In this document: positions 28,101 through 39,429 of the stretch, piece by piece
Numbering within the stretch: position 1 is the first letter of the stretch
Layout of the letters: the number at the start of each line of letters is the position of its first letter
NCBI GenBank assembly: GCA_964361825.1
Contig: CAYICB010000002.1
Location: 5,845-69,844 of the forward strand
Origin: an uncultured Candidatus Saccharibacteria bacterium
GTDB lineage: Bacteria; Patescibacteriota; Minisyncoccia; Phycocordibacterales; JACOZG01
Direction: 5' to 3'
DNA length: 64,000 bases
Notes under the pieces: model-generated
The model's input: only the letters and a program-made list of their open reading frames with translations
Told to the model about the DNA's origin: nothing
Databases searched by the model: none
Position numbers and translations under genes: made by a program

Positions 28101-29249
28101 GTGAGTAAAGAGGTGGTTGCCATTTTTGATATTGCTACCGATCGAGTGGCCGCGGCTTTAGTAGCGCCAAACGCTACTAATCAGTGTGTCAATTTTTCTA
28201 CTACCACCATGCTCGATTTACCATATCAAGAAGAACTCAACCCCGAACGCCTGCTGTCTGCCGCCACCAAAGCCTTGGGAGAAGTGGCGCAAAAATTGGT
28301 CGCGGCCAATCAACCCAAACCAAAAAGTTTCCATTGTTTTTTGGCTTCGCCATTTTATGCGCCGCAAACTAGAATTAGTCATTTAAATAAAGAAAAAGAC
28401 TTTACCGTCAACCGCGCAGTTTTACGCGACTTAGCCAATCAAGAACGCGCTCGCTTCCTCCAATCGGTTGGCGATCCCGATGGCACCAAAGGTAAATTGA
28501 TTGATGAGCTGGTAATGCAGGTCAAACTAAATCGCTATGTAACCAAAAAACCCGAACACCAAACTGCTCGTGAGGTCGAAATTGCCACTTTTTTAAGTTG
28601 GGGGGAGGCGGCGGTGATCGACAAGCTTAATGAGGCGGTTAAGCCAGTTTTCCACCGTCAAAACCTAATTTTTCATTCTTCAACCGTAGCAATGTATCAA
28701 ACTTTTCGCCTTCTTTTCCCCAATACCCCAGCGGCTCTCATTCTTCAATTAGGAGGGGAAATTACCGAACTTTCACTAATTCACAGCGGCATTTTACTGG
28801 AAACTGTTTCTTATCCTCTAGGCTTCAACTTCTTGCTCCGAGAATTGGGCACACGACTTGGCCTAACCCCCGCCGCCGCCCTTTCTCTCATTAAGTTGGG
28901 TCAAAAAGAAGGGATGCGTGAGGCCGAACAACAAAAATTTAACGAAACGATGGAAGAATTGCGTTTTAAGTGGTTAGCCATCTTTTCTGAACTTTTACAC
29001 GCCTTGGCTGAAAAACATTTCTTGGCTAATCGTCTTTTTGTCCTTGGAGATGAGCGCTTTTTGGGTCTGTTTTCCACTTGGCTTAAAAATAAAAGCTTTG
29101 CCGAAGTGGGGATTCTGAAAAAAAGTCTCGGGGTAGAGCCACTAACCGCCAAACTACACGAGGGTTTTTGCGAAATTAAAGAAAACCAAGATTTCCCCGA
29201 CGAACTCTTGCTGATGGACGCGCTTTTTTGTGCTAGAATTTTAGAATAA
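28101..29249 (+). CDS. divergent FtsA/PilM-like actin-fold protein
   Basis: AIFDIAT, LILQLGGEITELS resemble ASKHA phosphate motifs. Confidence 0.6.
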   Translation: MSKEVVAIFDIATDRVAAALVAPNATNQCVNFSTTTMLDLPYQEELNPERLLSAATKALGEVAQKLVAANQPKPKSFHCFLASPFYAPQTRISHLNKEKDFTVNRAVLRDLANQERARFLQSVGDPDGTKGKLIDELVMQVKLNRYVTKKPEHQTAREVEIATFLSWGEAAVIDKLNEAVKPVFHRQNLIFHSSTVAMYQTFRLLFPNTPAALILQLGGEITELSLIHSGILLETVSYPLGFNFLLRELGTRLGLTPAAALSLIKLGQKEGMREAEQQKFNETMEELRFKWLAIFSELLHALAEKHFLANRLFVLGDERFLGLFSTWLKNKSFAEVGILKKSLGVEPLTAKLHEGFCEIKENQDFPDELLLMDALFCARILE

Positions 29250-29255
29250 TATTTT

Positions 29256-30584
29256 ATGCGCGAAGTCATTCAAGACATCAAAAGACCCAAGCGAAGTTTA
29301 AAAGAGGTTTTACCTAAAGAAAAAACCGCCGCTCGAATCACGCCAGTAGAAATCAGAAGGGTCAATCAGAGCGTTCAGCAGGATCTCGAGCCAAATACAA
29401 TCAACCCTCCACCGCCAACAGAAAAGAGTTACCGGTCGGTAAAACGCTCCCGTCGGCCATGGGTAATTATTACTACCGTTTTAGGCTTGGTGGTAATGGT
29501 TGTTTTAATTTCTAGTGTTTTGGCTAAAGCCACAGTGCGAATTACACCCAAAGAAACCTCTTTTAATCTAAGTGATGAACTCTCGGCCCAAAAAAGTAAT
29601 CCCGAGAAAGGTCTCCGTTTCGAGACCATGACCCTAGAATCAAGCGAGACGCGACCAGTTAAAGCCACAGGAACCGAGAAAGTCTCGAAGAAAGCTTCGG
29701 GTAAAATCACTATTTACAACAGCTTTAGCGCCACAAGTCAATCACTGATCAAAGAAACCCGCTTCGAATCCAAAGAGGGCAAAATTTATCGAATTGATCG
29801 GGCGGTAACTATTCCCGGATACAAAAAACAAGGGGAAGAAATTATCCCCGGGTCAGTAGAAGCCATAATTTATGCCGATAAATCCGGCCCAGAATACAAT
29901 TCGCCGGTCACCGAGTTTACTATCCCGGGTTTCCGTGGTGGACCTCGTTTTACTAAGTTTTCAGCCAAATCGATTACTCCTCTAGAAGGCGGTTTGGAGG
30001 GAGAATTGAGCATCGTTTCCCCTGAAGAAAAAGCTCGGGTTAAAAATGACACCGAAAAAATCCTCAAAGACCGCCTCTTGGGCGAAGTAAAAACGAGAAT
30101 TCCTCCCGGTTTCAGTTATTTTGATTCTGGCATGTTTTGGGAATTTAGCGACTCTTTACCCGCCAACAACACCACGAGCACAGAGATTCCTTTTACCCAA
30201 ACGGCCAAACTCCATGTTTTAATTTTTAACCAAAAAGAATTAAGCGAAAAATTAGCCAAATTAAAGTTAAATACCGACGAAACCAATATCTTGGTTACCA
30301 ACCTAGAAACGCTAAAGTTTGAACTCAAGAACCTCGCTAATTTTGACCCAGAAAACACCGCCGAAATCAACTTTACTCTTTCTGGAGAAGCTAGAGCGGT
30401 ATGGCAAGTTCCGGCCGAAGAACTTAAAACTAATTTAAGTGGTTTATCGAAAGATGGTTATCAATCAGTGTTCGCTCAATACCCAGCAATTACCCGAGCT
30501 GAAGTAATCTTCCGGCCACCATGGATTAGACACTTTCCCGAAGAAACAACCAAGATTGAGGTCGAGATACCCCCTAAACCTTGA
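29256..30584 (+). CDS. membrane-anchored protein with baseplate J-like domain
   Basis: TM, then KASGKITIYN, TRF, A...G.EYN, GG pattern. Confidence 0.6.
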   Translation: MREVIQDIKRPKRSLKEVLPKEKTAARITPVEIRRVNQSVQQDLEPNTINPPPPTEKSYRSVKRSRRPWVIITTVLGLVVMVVLISSVLAKATVRITPKETSFNLSDELSAQKSNPEKGLRFETMTLESSETRPVKATGTEKVSKKASGKITIYNSFSATSQSLIKETRFESKEGKIYRIDRAVTIPGYKKQGEEIIPGSVEAIIYADKSGPEYNSPVTEFTIPGFRGGPRFTKFSAKSITPLEGGLEGELSIVSPEEKARVKNDTEKILKDRLLGEVKTRIPPGFSYFDSGMFWEFSDSLPANNTTSTEIPFTQTAKLHVLIFNQKELSEKLAKLKLNTDETNILVTNLETLKFELKNLANFDPENTAEINFTLSGEARAVWQVPAEELKTNLSGLSKDGYQSVFAQYPAITRAEVIFRPPWIRHFPEETTKIEVEIPPKP

Positions 30585-30626
30585 CGAGAAAAACCTTTTT
30601 CTGCTACCATTGACTGGCCCAAAAGA

Positions 30627-30866
30627 ATGAGCGAGCAAGATCAGGAGCAAACGGCAAAAGGCCAACCCGCCAAGATGGCCGTCGGGATCGTTATTGAAGC
30701 CTTGCCAAACACCCTTTTTCGAATTAAATTTGAGGATGGTGCCGAAAATTTGGCTTATCTGGCTGGCAAAATGCGCTTGCACCGAATTCGCGTTTTGGTG
30801 GGTGATCGGGTAGAGGTCTTGCTCGATGCTTATGGTGGCAAGGGGCGAATTCAAAAACGCTTATAA
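30627..30866 (+). CDS. infA: translation initiation factor IF-1
   Basis: EALPN..F, AGKMR..RIRVLVGDRV. Confidence 0.95.
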   Translation: MSEQDQEQTAKGQPAKMAVGIVIEALPNTLFRIKFEDGAENLAYLAGKMRLHRIRVLVGDRVEVLLDAYGGKGRIQKRL

Positions 30867-30913
30867 AGCTTGATTTCAAGCTAACTAAAGCGAAATTTTA
30901 TTTTTTTCTTTAC

Positions 30914-31030
30914 ATGCAAGTTAGATCAGCTATTATGAAACGTTGCGCGAGCTGCCGAATGGTGCGGCGTCGCGGTCATCTTTACATCATTTGTAAAAAC
31001 AAGAAGAAGCATAAACAAAAACAAGCTTAA
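30914..31030 (+). CDS. rpmJ: 50S ribosomal protein L36 (absent from the ORF track)
   Basis: manual translation MQVRSAIMKRCASCRMVRRRGHLYIICKNKKKHKQKQA. Confidence 0.92.
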   Translation: MQVRSAIMKRCASCRMVRRRGHLYIICKNKKKHKQKQA

Positions 31031-31033
31031 AAC

Positions 31034-31414
31034 ATGCGTTTAGCCGGCATTACATTACCCGATAATAAACGGATAGAAATCGCCCTCACCGCGATTTACG
31101 GTATTGGGCGCGGTTTGGCTCAAAAAATTTTAGACGAGGCCAAGGTGGATTACAGCAAAAAACCGCCACAAATTACCGAAGCCGAGGATTCCAGAATCAG
31201 AAAAATTGTGGAGACCCAAAAGGTGGAGGGGGTGCTGAAACGCGAGGTGGCCGGTAATATAAAACGCTTAATCGACATAAAAAGTTACCGAGGATCCAGA
31301 CATCAACGCCACCTACCATCACGAGGCCAACGCACCAAAACTAACTCTCGCACTCGCCGAGGCAATATTAGAAAGACCATGGGTTCTGGGCGCAAAAAAG
31401 TAGAAAAGAAATAA
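31034..31414 (+). CDS. rpsM: 30S ribosomal protein S13
   Basis: ALTAIYGIG, RGQRTKTNSRT. Confidence 0.97.
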   Translation: MRLAGITLPDNKRIEIALTAIYGIGRGLAQKILDEAKVDYSKKPPQITEAEDSRIRKIVETQKVEGVLKREVAGNIKRLIDIKSYRGSRHQRHLPSRGQRTKTNSRTRRGNIRKTMGSGRKKVEKK

Positions 31415-31421
31415 TTATATT

Positions 31422-31856
31422 ATGGGAAAAAAACGCGTAGTAAAACAAAAAGGGGGGAGTGTGGATGAGGGGCTAAAGGCTCGCTCTATGGCCAAAACAC
31501 CCAAGCGCAAATTGGGTGAAGGTATTTTGCATATCCAATCAACCTACAACAATACCCGCCTAGTCCTCACAGATAAAAGTGGCAATGCCGTGGCTTGGAG
31601 CTCAAGTGGCTCCCTTGGCTTTAAAGGCGCAAAAAAAGGCACCACCTTTGCCGCGGGTAAGGTCGGGGAGTTAATTGCCGATAAGGCCACCGCGATGGGG
31701 GTAAATGAGGTTGAAGTGGTAATCCGTGGGGTAGGATCGGGTCGTGAATCTGCTCTTCGCGCTTTTACCACCAAGGGCATTGGGGTAACGGGGATTAAAG
31801 ACGCCACCCCGATCCCGCACAATGGCCCCAAACCCCGCAAACCCCGCCGCGTATAA
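31422..31856 (+). CDS. rpsK: 30S ribosomal protein S11
   Basis: STYNNT, D.TPIPHNG. Confidence 0.97.
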   Translation: MGKKRVVKQKGGSVDEGLKARSMAKTPKRKLGEGILHIQSTYNNTRLVLTDKSGNAVAWSSSGSLGFKGAKKGTTFAAGKVGELIADKATAMGVNEVEVVIRGVGSGRESALRAFTTKGIGVTGIKDATPIPHNGPKPRKPRRV

Positions 31857-31865
31857 AAAATAATC

Positions 31866-32471
31866 ATGAAAATTGGCCCAAAATATAAAATTGCTCGTCG
31901 CTTAGGAGAAAGAATTTTTCCCAAAACGCAAACTTCTAAATTTGCGATTTCTGGTAGTGAAAAAAGAGCCGGCGGCGGCCGACCTCGAGCCATGTCGGAT
32001 TACGGTAAACAATTAATCGAAAAACAAAAAGCGCGTTACACCTACGGGGTAACCGAAAAACAATTTTCAAACTATGTAAAAAAGGTGAAGCAGGCCAGTG
32101 GCACCAATAAGAGCGCCGAACTCTATCGCCTCCTTGAGCGGCGCTTAGACAATGTGGTCTTTCGTTTAGGATTGGCTAATTCTCGCCTTTTTGCGCGACA
32201 GTTAGTTTCGCACGGACACATTGTGGTCAATGACCGACGAGTCACTATTCCTTCTTATCAGGTTCTACCGGGTGATAAAATAAAAGTTCGCGCGGGAAGC
32301 AAAGAACTTGGACCCTTTAAAAATCTAGAAGAAAAGATTAAAAATCAGCAAGTCCCAGAATGGCTTAAGGGTGATCCGAGCGGTTGGGAAGTAGCGAGTT
32401 TACCGAGCGAGCAAGCCGGGGAACTCAATTTAAATTTTGGCACTATTATTGAATTTTATAGTCGAGTGTAA
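31866..32471 (+). CDS. rpsD: 30S ribosomal protein S4
   Basis: [20 protein letters not shown]. Confidence 0.96.
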   Translation: MKIGPKYKIARRLGERIFPKTQTSKFAISGSEKRAGGGRPRAMSDYGKQLIEKQKARYTYGVTEKQFSNYVKKVKQASGTNKSAELYRLLERRLDNVVFRLGLANSRLFARQLVSHGHIVVNDRRVTIPSYQVLPGDKIKVRAGSKELGPFKNLEEKIKNQQVPEWLKGDPSGWEVASLPSEQAGELNLNFGTIIEFYSRV

Positions 32472-32486
32472 GTTTTTAAAAAAAAT

Positions 32487-33473
32487 ATGAGTGATTTAAA
32501 TATTATTTTGCCCACTAAGCCCCGCGTCGTTTCCGAGAACGAGAATCAGGGTAGTTATGAGATTGAGGGTTTGTATCCCGGCTATGGTCAAACCTTGGGT
32601 AATTCTTTGCGTCGAATCATTCTTTCTTCAATGGTTGGCACGGCCATCACTTCCCTTAAAATCAAGGGGGCGAGCCACGAGTTTTCTACTGTTCCGGGGG
32701 TTAAAGAGGATGGGATTATGCTGATTTTGAATCTAAAAAAGGTTCATTTCAAAATGTCTGACGATGGTCCCCACACCGTTACGCTTAAAGCAAAGGGGGT
32801 AAAAACCGTTACCGCCGGTGACCTCGATCTGCCGGGTCAACTCGAAGTTTCTAATCCCAAGCAACACCTCGCCACGCTGACCGAAAAAAACGCCGAGCTA
32901 GAAATTGAGCTCGTGGTAGAGCGCGGTCTTGGTTATTTGCCCAAAGAGGCGCTCGGCCGTGAGAAAAATGAAATTGGCAACATTGTGCTTGATTCCACCT
33001 TTACGCCAATCCGCCGCGTTAGCTATGAGGTAGAAAACATGCGTGTGGGTGATCGCACTGACTATAACCGTCTTCGGCTCAATATTGAGACTGATGGCAC
33101 CATCTCTCCTCGCGAGGCTCTAGAACAATCAGTTAAAATTATGATCCGTCAACTTTCGGCGATTGTGGGCTTTAGAGAAGAAGAGACCGCCGCCGCTTTA
33201 AGTGGCGAAGTGGGTCAAGACACCAAAGAAAAAACTGACACCGAACATGAGGGAAAAGAAAAAGTGAGTGAAGATATCCTTAAAACCAGAATTGATAATC
33301 TTGACCTGTCTTCGCGAGCGGTGAAGGCTCTTACCGCCGCAGGTATTCGCACCTTGGGCGGTCTGGCTCGCAAAAAAGCCTCTGACTTAGAAGAAGTTGA
33401 GGGTTTGGGCGATAAAGCGATTGAAGAAATTAAAAAAGTCTTGCAAAAACACGATTTGGCTGTTAAAGAATAG
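32487..33473 (+). CDS. rpoA: RNA polymerase alpha subunit
   Basis: GYGQTLGNSLRR, HEFS..PGVKED. Confidence 0.97.
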   Translation: MSDLNIILPTKPRVVSENENQGSYEIEGLYPGYGQTLGNSLRRIILSSMVGTAITSLKIKGASHEFSTVPGVKEDGIMLILNLKKVHFKMSDDGPHTVTLKAKGVKTVTAGDLDLPGQLEVSNPKQHLATLTEKNAELEIELVVERGLGYLPKEALGREKNEIGNIVLDSTFTPIRRVSYEVENMRVGDRTDYNRLRLNIETDGTISPREALEQSVKIMIRQLSAIVGFREEETAAALSGEVGQDTKEKTDTEHEGKEKVSEDILKTRIDNLDLSSRAVKALTAAGIRTLGGLARKKASDLEEVEGLGDKAIEEIKKVLQKHDLAVKE

Positions 33474-33475
33474 TT

Positions 33476-33826
33476 ATGCGCCACCACAATAAAAATCGAA
33501 AGTTTGGTCTGGAGGCGGGTAAACGCCGAGCTTTATTGCGCGCTTTGGCCAGAAACCTAATCCTCAAAGGCAAAATAGAAACCACCGAGGCTAAGGCTAA
33601 GGCCCTTCGACCAATAGTAGAAAAAATGATCACCAAAGCCAAAGTTGGGAACTTGGCCGCCACCCGCCTGCTCGTGTCTAAACTCTCCAGCGTCAGCGCC
33701 GTTCGCACCTTAATCAAAACTCTTGGGCCGCGTTATGCCAAAAGAGCTGGTGGTTATACCAGAATTATTAAGTTGCCGACCAGATTAAGCGATGGGGCGC
33801 GTAAAGCGATTATTGAATTTGTTTAA
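33476..33826 (+). CDS. rplQ: 50S ribosomal protein L17
   Basis: IETT.AKAK, R.GGYTRIIK. Confidence 0.96.
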   Translation: MRHHNKNRKFGLEAGKRRALLRALARNLILKGKIETTEAKAKALRPIVEKMITKAKVGNLAATRLLVSKLSSVSAVRTLIKTLGPRYAKRAGGYTRIIKLPTRLSDGARKAIIEFV

Positions 33827-33833
33827 AAAAACC

Positions 33834-34181
33834 ATGCAAGAACTACTTATTGACGCCGCCGGAAAAAAATTAGGCCGACTTGCCAGCGAGGCGGCTAAAC
33901 ACTTGCGTGGTAAAAATAGCCCCGCTTTTACGCCCAATAAATTACCCGAAACCAAAGTAAAAATCACCAATGCTTCTAAGGTGATCATTACTGGTAACAA
34001 ACTGGAGCAAGACTTCCGCGCACGGTATAGCGGCTACCCAGGCGGTCTAAAGCGACCAACTTTAAATAAAATTGTGGCCCGCAAAGGTTTGGGCAACCTA
34101 ATCCGCGAAGCGATCGAAGGCATGATTCCGCGGAATAAACTCCGACCTAAAATCATGAAGCATTTAATAATTACCGAATAA
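33834..34181 (+). CDS. rplM: 50S ribosomal protein L13 (short)
   Basis: IDA.GK.LGRLAS, SGYPGGLK, GMIP.NKL. Confidence 0.95.
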   Translation: MQELLIDAAGKKLGRLASEAAKHLRGKNSPAFTPNKLPETKVKITNASKVIITGNKLEQDFRARYSGYPGGLKRPTLNKIVARKGLGNLIREAIEGMIPRNKLRPKIMKHLIITE

Positions 34182-34183
34182 TC

Positions 34184-34585
34184 ATGACCAAAAAAGCTGT
34201 TAAAAATTACTTCGAAGGCGTGGGACGGAGAAAAGAATCCATTGCGCGAGTGCGCCTTACACCCGCTACCAAGCAAGATATCGTGGTTAACGAACGATCG
34301 TTTGAAACCTACTTTCAGGTCGCCCCGTGGCGCGAACAAATTTTGGCCGCCCTACAAGCCGGTGGAGGAAAATTTAACATGACCGTAAAAGTACGCGGTG
34401 GTGGCACCCACTCGCAAGTGGAAGCGGTGGTTCATGGGATTGGGCGCGCGCTAATTGGCTACGAACCAACCTTGCGCCCGGCCCTAAAAAAGCTCGGTTT
34501 GCTCCGTCGCGACCCGCGAGCCAAAGAACGCCGCAAATTCGGCCTCAAAAAAGCCCGAAAAGCCCCACAGTGGAGTAAGCGTTAA
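34184..34585 (+). CDS. rpsI: 30S ribosomal protein S9
   Basis: GRRK, ERRKFGLKKARKAPQWSKR. Confidence 0.97.
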   Translation: MTKKAVKNYFEGVGRRKESIARVRLTPATKQDIVVNERSFETYFQVAPWREQILAALQAGGGKFNMTVKVRGGGTHSQVEAVVHGIGRALIGYEPTLRPALKKLGLLRRDPRAKERRKFGLKKARKAPQWSKR

Positions 34586-34694
34586 TCTCCTCAGGAAAAC
34601 ACTGTTGGATAGTAAGTTTTAGAAAGTAGGTGGATTACTCCAGCCGCTTTTTGTTTGACTTTTTTAAAAATCGGCGTAAGATTGATGGTTCAAA

Positions 34695-35276
34695 ATGAAT
34701 AGTGAGGAAAAAGACGAGGAAATTGTACCCGAGCCCTCGAGCGAACTCGAGGCGGGGGAAGAAGGTGACATGGGTGAAGCGGCAATTAAAAAGTTGCGTG
34801 AGCGGATTAAGCGCCTAACAGAAGAAAAACAGGAGTATCTTGACTTATCGCAAAGGCTGAAAGCGGATTATCTGAATTTAAAAAAGGAAGGTGAAACGGA
34901 GAAAGCCAAGATTCGCGAATGGGCCAACGCTGATTTACTTCTTGAACTCCTCAATGTGGCCGACAGCTTCTCGCTTGCCTTGGGGAATCAAGAAGCCCTC
35001 AAGGCCGTGCCGGAAAACTGGCGTCAGGGTGTAGAATATATTTATCAGAAGTTGCAAACTGTCTTTCGCGATCACGGTTTGCTAGAATTTAAACCTCAAA
35101 TTGGCGACTTGTTTAACCCGGAGAGCGAGCAAGCCGTGGAAAAAGTGGTAACGGGCGAGGAGCCCGAGGACGGAAAGATAGTGGCGGTTGTTCAATCCGG
35201 TTACCGTTTACACGATAAGGTGGTGAGGCCAGCGCAGGTGAAGGTGGCCAGTTGGCAATTAGCAGAAAATAATTAA
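34695..35276 (+). CDS. grpE: nucleotide exchange factor GrpE
   Basis: coiled coil, GY.L..KVVRPA.V; precedes dnaK. Confidence 0.92.
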   Translation: MNSEEKDEEIVPEPSSELEAGEEGDMGEAAIKKLRERIKRLTEEKQEYLDLSQRLKADYLNLKKEGETEKAKIREWANADLLLELLNVADSFSLALGNQEALKAVPENWRQGVEYIYQKLQTVFRDHGLLEFKPQIGDLFNPESEQAVEKVVTGEEPEDGKIVAVVQSGYRLHDKVVRPAQVKVASWQLAENN

Positions 35277-35286
35277 AATAAAAACC

Positions 35287-37143
35287 ATGGGAAAAATTTT
35301 GGGGATTGACTTGGGGACGACCAATTCCGCCATGGCCTATGTGGAAGGCGGGAGTCCGAAGATTATTGAGAACGCTGAAGGCGCGCGCACCACGCCGTCT
35401 ATTGTGGCGCTCTCGAAGAGTGGTGAACGAATTGTGGGCCTGCTCGGCAAGCGTCAGTCGGTAACGAATCCGCAAAACACCATTTTTGAAGTCAAACGCC
35501 TAATGGGTCACCGCTACGACGACCCGAATATTCAGAAGGATAAACAAACTTTCCCATTCCAAATTGAGAAAAGTGAGGATGGCGGGATCAAGATTAAACT
35601 CGGCGATAAAACTTACCGACCGGAGGAAGTGTCGGCGATGATTTTGCAAAAGCTCAAGCATGATGCCGAGGCTAAGCTGGGGGAAAAAATTGAGGAAGCG
35701 GTAATTACCGTACCGGCTTACTTCGACGACTCGCAACGCAAAGCGACCCAAAATGCCGGAGAAATTGCCGGTTTCAAAGTCCGCCGCATCATCAATGAGC
35801 CCACTGCCGCGGCACTCGCTTACGGCTTTAACAAGAAAAAGGAAGAAAAAATTGTAGTTTACGACTTTGGGGGTGGAACCTTCGATGTTTCGGTGCTCGA
35901 AATTACGGGTGAAGATGGTGAACAAAGCATCCAAGTAAAATCAACCGACGGCGACTCGCACATGGGCGGTGGCGACATTGATCAGAAAATGATTAAGTGG
36001 ATTGGGGATGAATTTAAGAAAGAGTCGGGGATTGATGTAACTCGCGATCCTCTGGCCTTACAGCGCTTGAAGGAAGCCGCCGAAAAAACCAAACACGAAC
36101 TCTCCACCACCCAAGAATCAGAAATAAATATCCCGTTTATTACTTCTGATGCTTCCGGCCCGCGCCACCTTTTGCTCAAAATGACGCGCGGTCAGCTGGA
36201 GAGTTTGGCGGCCGAGTTTATTGATCGCTCGATAGAGATTACTAAGCGCGCCATGGAGGCTTCTGGTTACAAATTTTCTGACATTCATGAAGTGATTATG
36301 GTTGGCGGCCAAACTCGCATGCCGGCAATCGTTGAAGCGGTAAAAAAGCTCTTCGGTAAAGAACCAAACAAAAGCATTAATCCGGACGAAGTGGTGGCCG
36401 TGGGAGCCGCCATTCAGGGGGGAATCTTCCAAGGTGATGTGAAGGATGTTTTGCTTCTTGATGTGATCCCGCTCTCGCTCGGGATCGAGACCTTGGGTGG
36501 CGTGAGCACTAAGCTCATTGAGCGTAATACCACCATCCCCGCCTCGCGCTCGCAGGTGTTCTCTACCGCGGCTGATAATCAAACTTCGGTCGAGATTCAT
36601 ATTACTCAAGGCGAGCGCCAAATGGCCACCGACAATAAGAGTTTGGGGCGCTTTATTCTTGACGGCATCCCACCCTCTCCGCGCGGCATGCCGCAGGTTG
36701 AAGTTTCCTTCGATGTTGATGCCAACGGCATTTTGAATGTAAAAGCAAAAGATAAATCGAGCGGCAAAGAGCAATCAATTCGCATTGAGGCTCGCTCCAG
36801 TCTCTCGAAGGAAGATATCGAGAAAATGAAAAAGGACGCCGAACTTCACGCCGAAGAAGATAAAAAGAAAAAAGAAGAAGCCGAGACTCGCAATATTGCC
36901 GATCAACTAATTTACACCGCCGAAAAGGCGCTAAAAGACGCCGGTGATAAAGTGCCGGGCGATGTGAAAGCGAGCGTGGAACAAAAAATTGCTGATGTAA
37001 AAAAGGCGCGCGAGTCTGGAACCACCGAAGGGATCAAAGCGGCCACCGAGGCTCTATCTAACGAAATACAAAAAATCGGTCAAGCCATGAATCAGGCAAA
37101 CCAACAACCACCAAATCCCACCGAACCACCGCCCCAACAATAA
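35287..37143 (+). CDS. dnaK: chaperone DnaK
   Basis: [25 protein letters not shown]. Confidence 0.98.
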   Translation: MGKILGIDLGTTNSAMAYVEGGSPKIIENAEGARTTPSIVALSKSGERIVGLLGKRQSVTNPQNTIFEVKRLMGHRYDDPNIQKDKQTFPFQIEKSEDGGIKIKLGDKTYRPEEVSAMILQKLKHDAEAKLGEKIEEAVITVPAYFDDSQRKATQNAGEIAGFKVRRIINEPTAAALAYGFNKKKEEKIVVYDFGGGTFDVSVLEITGEDGEQSIQVKSTDGDSHMGGGDIDQKMIKWIGDEFKKESGIDVTRDPLALQRLKEAAEKTKHELSTTQESEINIPFITSDASGPRHLLLKMTRGQLESLAAEFIDRSIEITKRAMEASGYKFSDIHEVIMVGGQTRMPAIVEAVKKLFGKEPNKSINPDEVVAVGAAIQGGIFQGDVKDVLLLDVIPLSLGIETLGGVSTKLIERNTTIPASRSQVFSTAADNQTSVEIHITQGERQMATDNKSLGRFILDGIPPSPRGMPQVEVSFDVDANGILNVKAKDKSSGKEQSIRIEARSSLSKEDIEKMKKDAELHAEEDKKKKEEAETRNIADQLIYTAEKALKDAGDKVPGDVKASVEQKIADVKKARESGTTEGIKAATEALSNEIQKIGQAMNQANQQPPNPTEPPPQQ

Positions 37144-37146
37144 ATT

Positions 37147-38232
37147 ATGGCTAAAAATTATTACGACATTTTGGGCATAAACAAAGGCGCGAGTCAGGAT
37201 GAAATCAAAAAAGCCTTCCACAAACTCGCTCACAAATATCATCCCGATAAATCTGGGGGCGACGAAACCAAGTTCAAAGAAATCAATGAAGCTTACCAAG
37301 TGCTCGGCAATGATAGAAAACGCGCCGAATATGACGCCTACGGTAGCACCTTTAGTAATGCGGGCGGCGGGGGACAGGGCTTCGGTCAAGGCTTCGGTGG
37401 ATTTGACTTTTCTGGTTTTGGTAATGCGGGCAGCGCTGATGGCTTCCAGTTTGATTTGGGCGACATCTTTAGTGAGTTCTTTGGCGGCCGAGGCGGTAGC
37501 CGAGGCCGCGATCGGGGTCGGGATATCTCGGTAGATATTGCCATCACTTTCGCCGAAGCGGTCTTTGGCGCCGAAAGAAAAATTCTTATCTCTAAAGTCG
37601 GCTTATGCGACACCTGTAGCGGGAGTGGTGGCGCCCCGGGCAGTAAAAATAAAAAATGTGAGACTTGCGCCGGCAAAGGTCGCGTACACGAAACCAGAAC
37701 CTCCTTCCTCGGCTCATTTACCAGCGCTCGCGAATGCACGGTGTGTTATGGTCGAGGCGAAACACCGGAGAAAAAATGCCCGACTTGCGGTGGTTACGGC
37801 GCGCTGAAAAAAACCGAGGAGGTGAGAGTGATGGTGCCGGCGGGGATTGAAGCCGATGAAATGATCCGTTTAACGGGTCAAGGTGAGGCCTCGCCCAAAG
37901 GTACTCCGGGTGACTTGTATGTGAAGGTGCACATCGAAAAGCATCCCATTTTCCGCCGTGACGGCGCTAATTTAATTATGGATTTACCAATTAAGCTCAC
38001 TGACGCTTTGCTTGGCGCCACTTATGAAATTGAAACGCTTGACGGTAAATCAAATCTTAAAATTCCTGAAGGAATTGTTTCTGGTGAAATTTTGAAAATA
38101 AAAGATCGTGGCGTGCCAATGCGCGGCAATAAGCGGGGCGACCTAGCGGTTCGAGTAACAATTAAAACTCCAACCAAACTCTCCAAAAAAGCTCGTCTCG
38201 CCGCCGAAACCCTCAAAGAAGAGGGGGTGTAG
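37147..38232 (+). CDS. dnaJ: chaperone DnaJ
   Basis: HPD motif, G/F region, four CxxCxGxG. Confidence 0.97.
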   Translation: MAKNYYDILGINKGASQDEIKKAFHKLAHKYHPDKSGGDETKFKEINEAYQVLGNDRKRAEYDAYGSTFSNAGGGGQGFGQGFGGFDFSGFGNAGSADGFQFDLGDIFSEFFGGRGGSRGRDRGRDISVDIAITFAEAVFGAERKILISKVGLCDTCSGSGGAPGSKNKKCETCAGKGRVHETRTSFLGSFTSARECTVCYGRGETPEKKCPTCGGYGALKKTEEVRVMVPAGIEADEMIRLTGQGEASPKGTPGDLYVKVHIEKHPIFRRDGANLIMDLPIKLTDALLGATYEIETLDGKSNLKIPEGIVSGEILKIKDRGVPMRGNKRGDLAVRVTIKTPTKLSKKARLAAETLKEEGV

Positions 38233-38233
38233 A

Positions 38234-38713
38234 TTAACCCCGGGCTTTTTGTTTGGCTTCGTTGATTTTTTGTTTAACAAAATCGGGGCGAGCAGCGAGA
38301 GTGAGGAGAAATTCGCGGGATTCACCGGCCGTTTGAATGCGCAAATCACCATAATTTAACAAAGTAGGAATGAGACCAGCGATATTGGTGGTAATATCTT
38401 GAACATCTTCGAGATGACAGCTGGCCACCTCGCGATGGAAAAAGCCTTTTTGTTCGATATCAATGACTCTTTGGTTAGTAATAATCCACACATCAAGATA
38501 AAAATTGGTCCACGCCACAAAACCAAGAATCCATACCGCCACCAACCACAAAGAATAGGCAAAAAAGAACAACCCACCAAGAAAGGGAATAAAAGACTGG
38601 AGCAAGGCGGGCGCCGTCGCCATTACCAAAAGAAAAAGGAGTTCTAAAAAAATCACAAACCAGTGCCGTCGCGCTCGGCAAATCACCTCTTCGCCACTAT
38701 TTAATAACACCAT
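38234..38713 (-). CDS. bacterial PH-domain membrane protein
   Basis: 2 TM, then ITNQRVIDIEQ.G.F.R, VQD, YGDL.IQTAG. Confidence 0.8.
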   Translation of the reverse strand: MVLLNSGEEVICRARRHWFVIFLELLFLLVMATAPALLQSFIPFLGGLFFFAYSLWLVAVWILGFVAWTNFYLDVWIITNQRVIDIEQKGFFHREVASCHLEDVQDITTNIAGLIPTLLNYGDLRIQTAGESREFLLTLAARPDFVKQKINEAKQKARG

Positions 38714-38906
38714 AGAGAGCAAAAACGGATAAGGTAATAAGTAGGGCCAAACCGAGAAAATAAACCAGCGTAACCCCAACCACCGTCGACCGATTTACCA
38801 CATACCGCCACCAGTGATAAACCAAAACGATCGAAAGTAAGGCCACCGCCAAAAGCGCCGCCACCCACAAATACACATAAGCTTGGGGGTTAACTACTGG
38901 AAACAT
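38697..38906 (-). CDS. small 2-TM hypothetical protein
   Basis: TATAAT 7 nt before ATG 38906; YHW..Y motif. Confidence 0.65.
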   Translation of the reverse strand: MFPVVNPQAYVYLWVAALLAVALLSIVLVYHWWRYVVNRSTVVGVTLVYFLGLALLITLSVFALYGVIK

Positions 38907-38929
38907 TAATGATATTATAGCTCCCACTT

Positions 38930-39424
38930 ATGATTCTTGCCACCCACGCCATTATTGGTGCCGGTATTGCCACTTTGGTGCCGCAAAATCCGGCGCTGGG
39001 GTTTGGTTTGGCCTTTGCCAGCCACTTTTTGCTCGATGCCATCCCACATTGGGATTACCAACTCAACTCTCGTTATGAGGACCACAGTGATCTCAAAAAT
39101 GATGACATGCTGCTCAACCGCGCCTTTGTGGGGGATTTATTTAAAATTGGGTTGGATTTTGTAATTGGCCTCGCTCTCGCTTGGCTAATTTTAACTTGGT
39201 TAAAACCCGAAATAAGTTTGGTAACGATTCTCTTCGGCGTACTTGGCGGGATGGCGCCTGACTTCCTCCAGTTCGCTTATTTTAAGCTTAAGCGCGAACC
39301 CCTAACCTCCCTCCAGCGCTTCCATCAATGGATCCACACCTCGTGGCGTTTGAAAAACAAGCCCATTGTTGGTCTTGGCCTCCAAGCCCTTCTCGTCACC
39401 ACCTTCCTTGTGCTAGTGTTATAA
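38930..39424 (+). CDS. membrane-bound putative metal-dependent hydrolase
   Basis: TH, SH..LD..PH.D, PD, H..IH metal-ligand-like motifs in a TM protein. Confidence 0.65.
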   Translation: MILATHAIIGAGIATLVPQNPALGFGLAFASHFLLDAIPHWDYQLNSRYEDHSDLKNDDMLLNRAFVGDLFKIGLDFVIGLALAWLILTWLKPEISLVTILFGVLGGMAPDFLQFAYFKLKREPLTSLQRFHQWIHTSWRLKNKPIVGLGLQALLVTTFLVLVL

Positions 39425-39429
39425 TTGAT

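Noticed and set aside
29256-30584. Prophage or contractile injection system
   Set aside because: No other phage structural, terminase or integrase genes; context is core translation genes.
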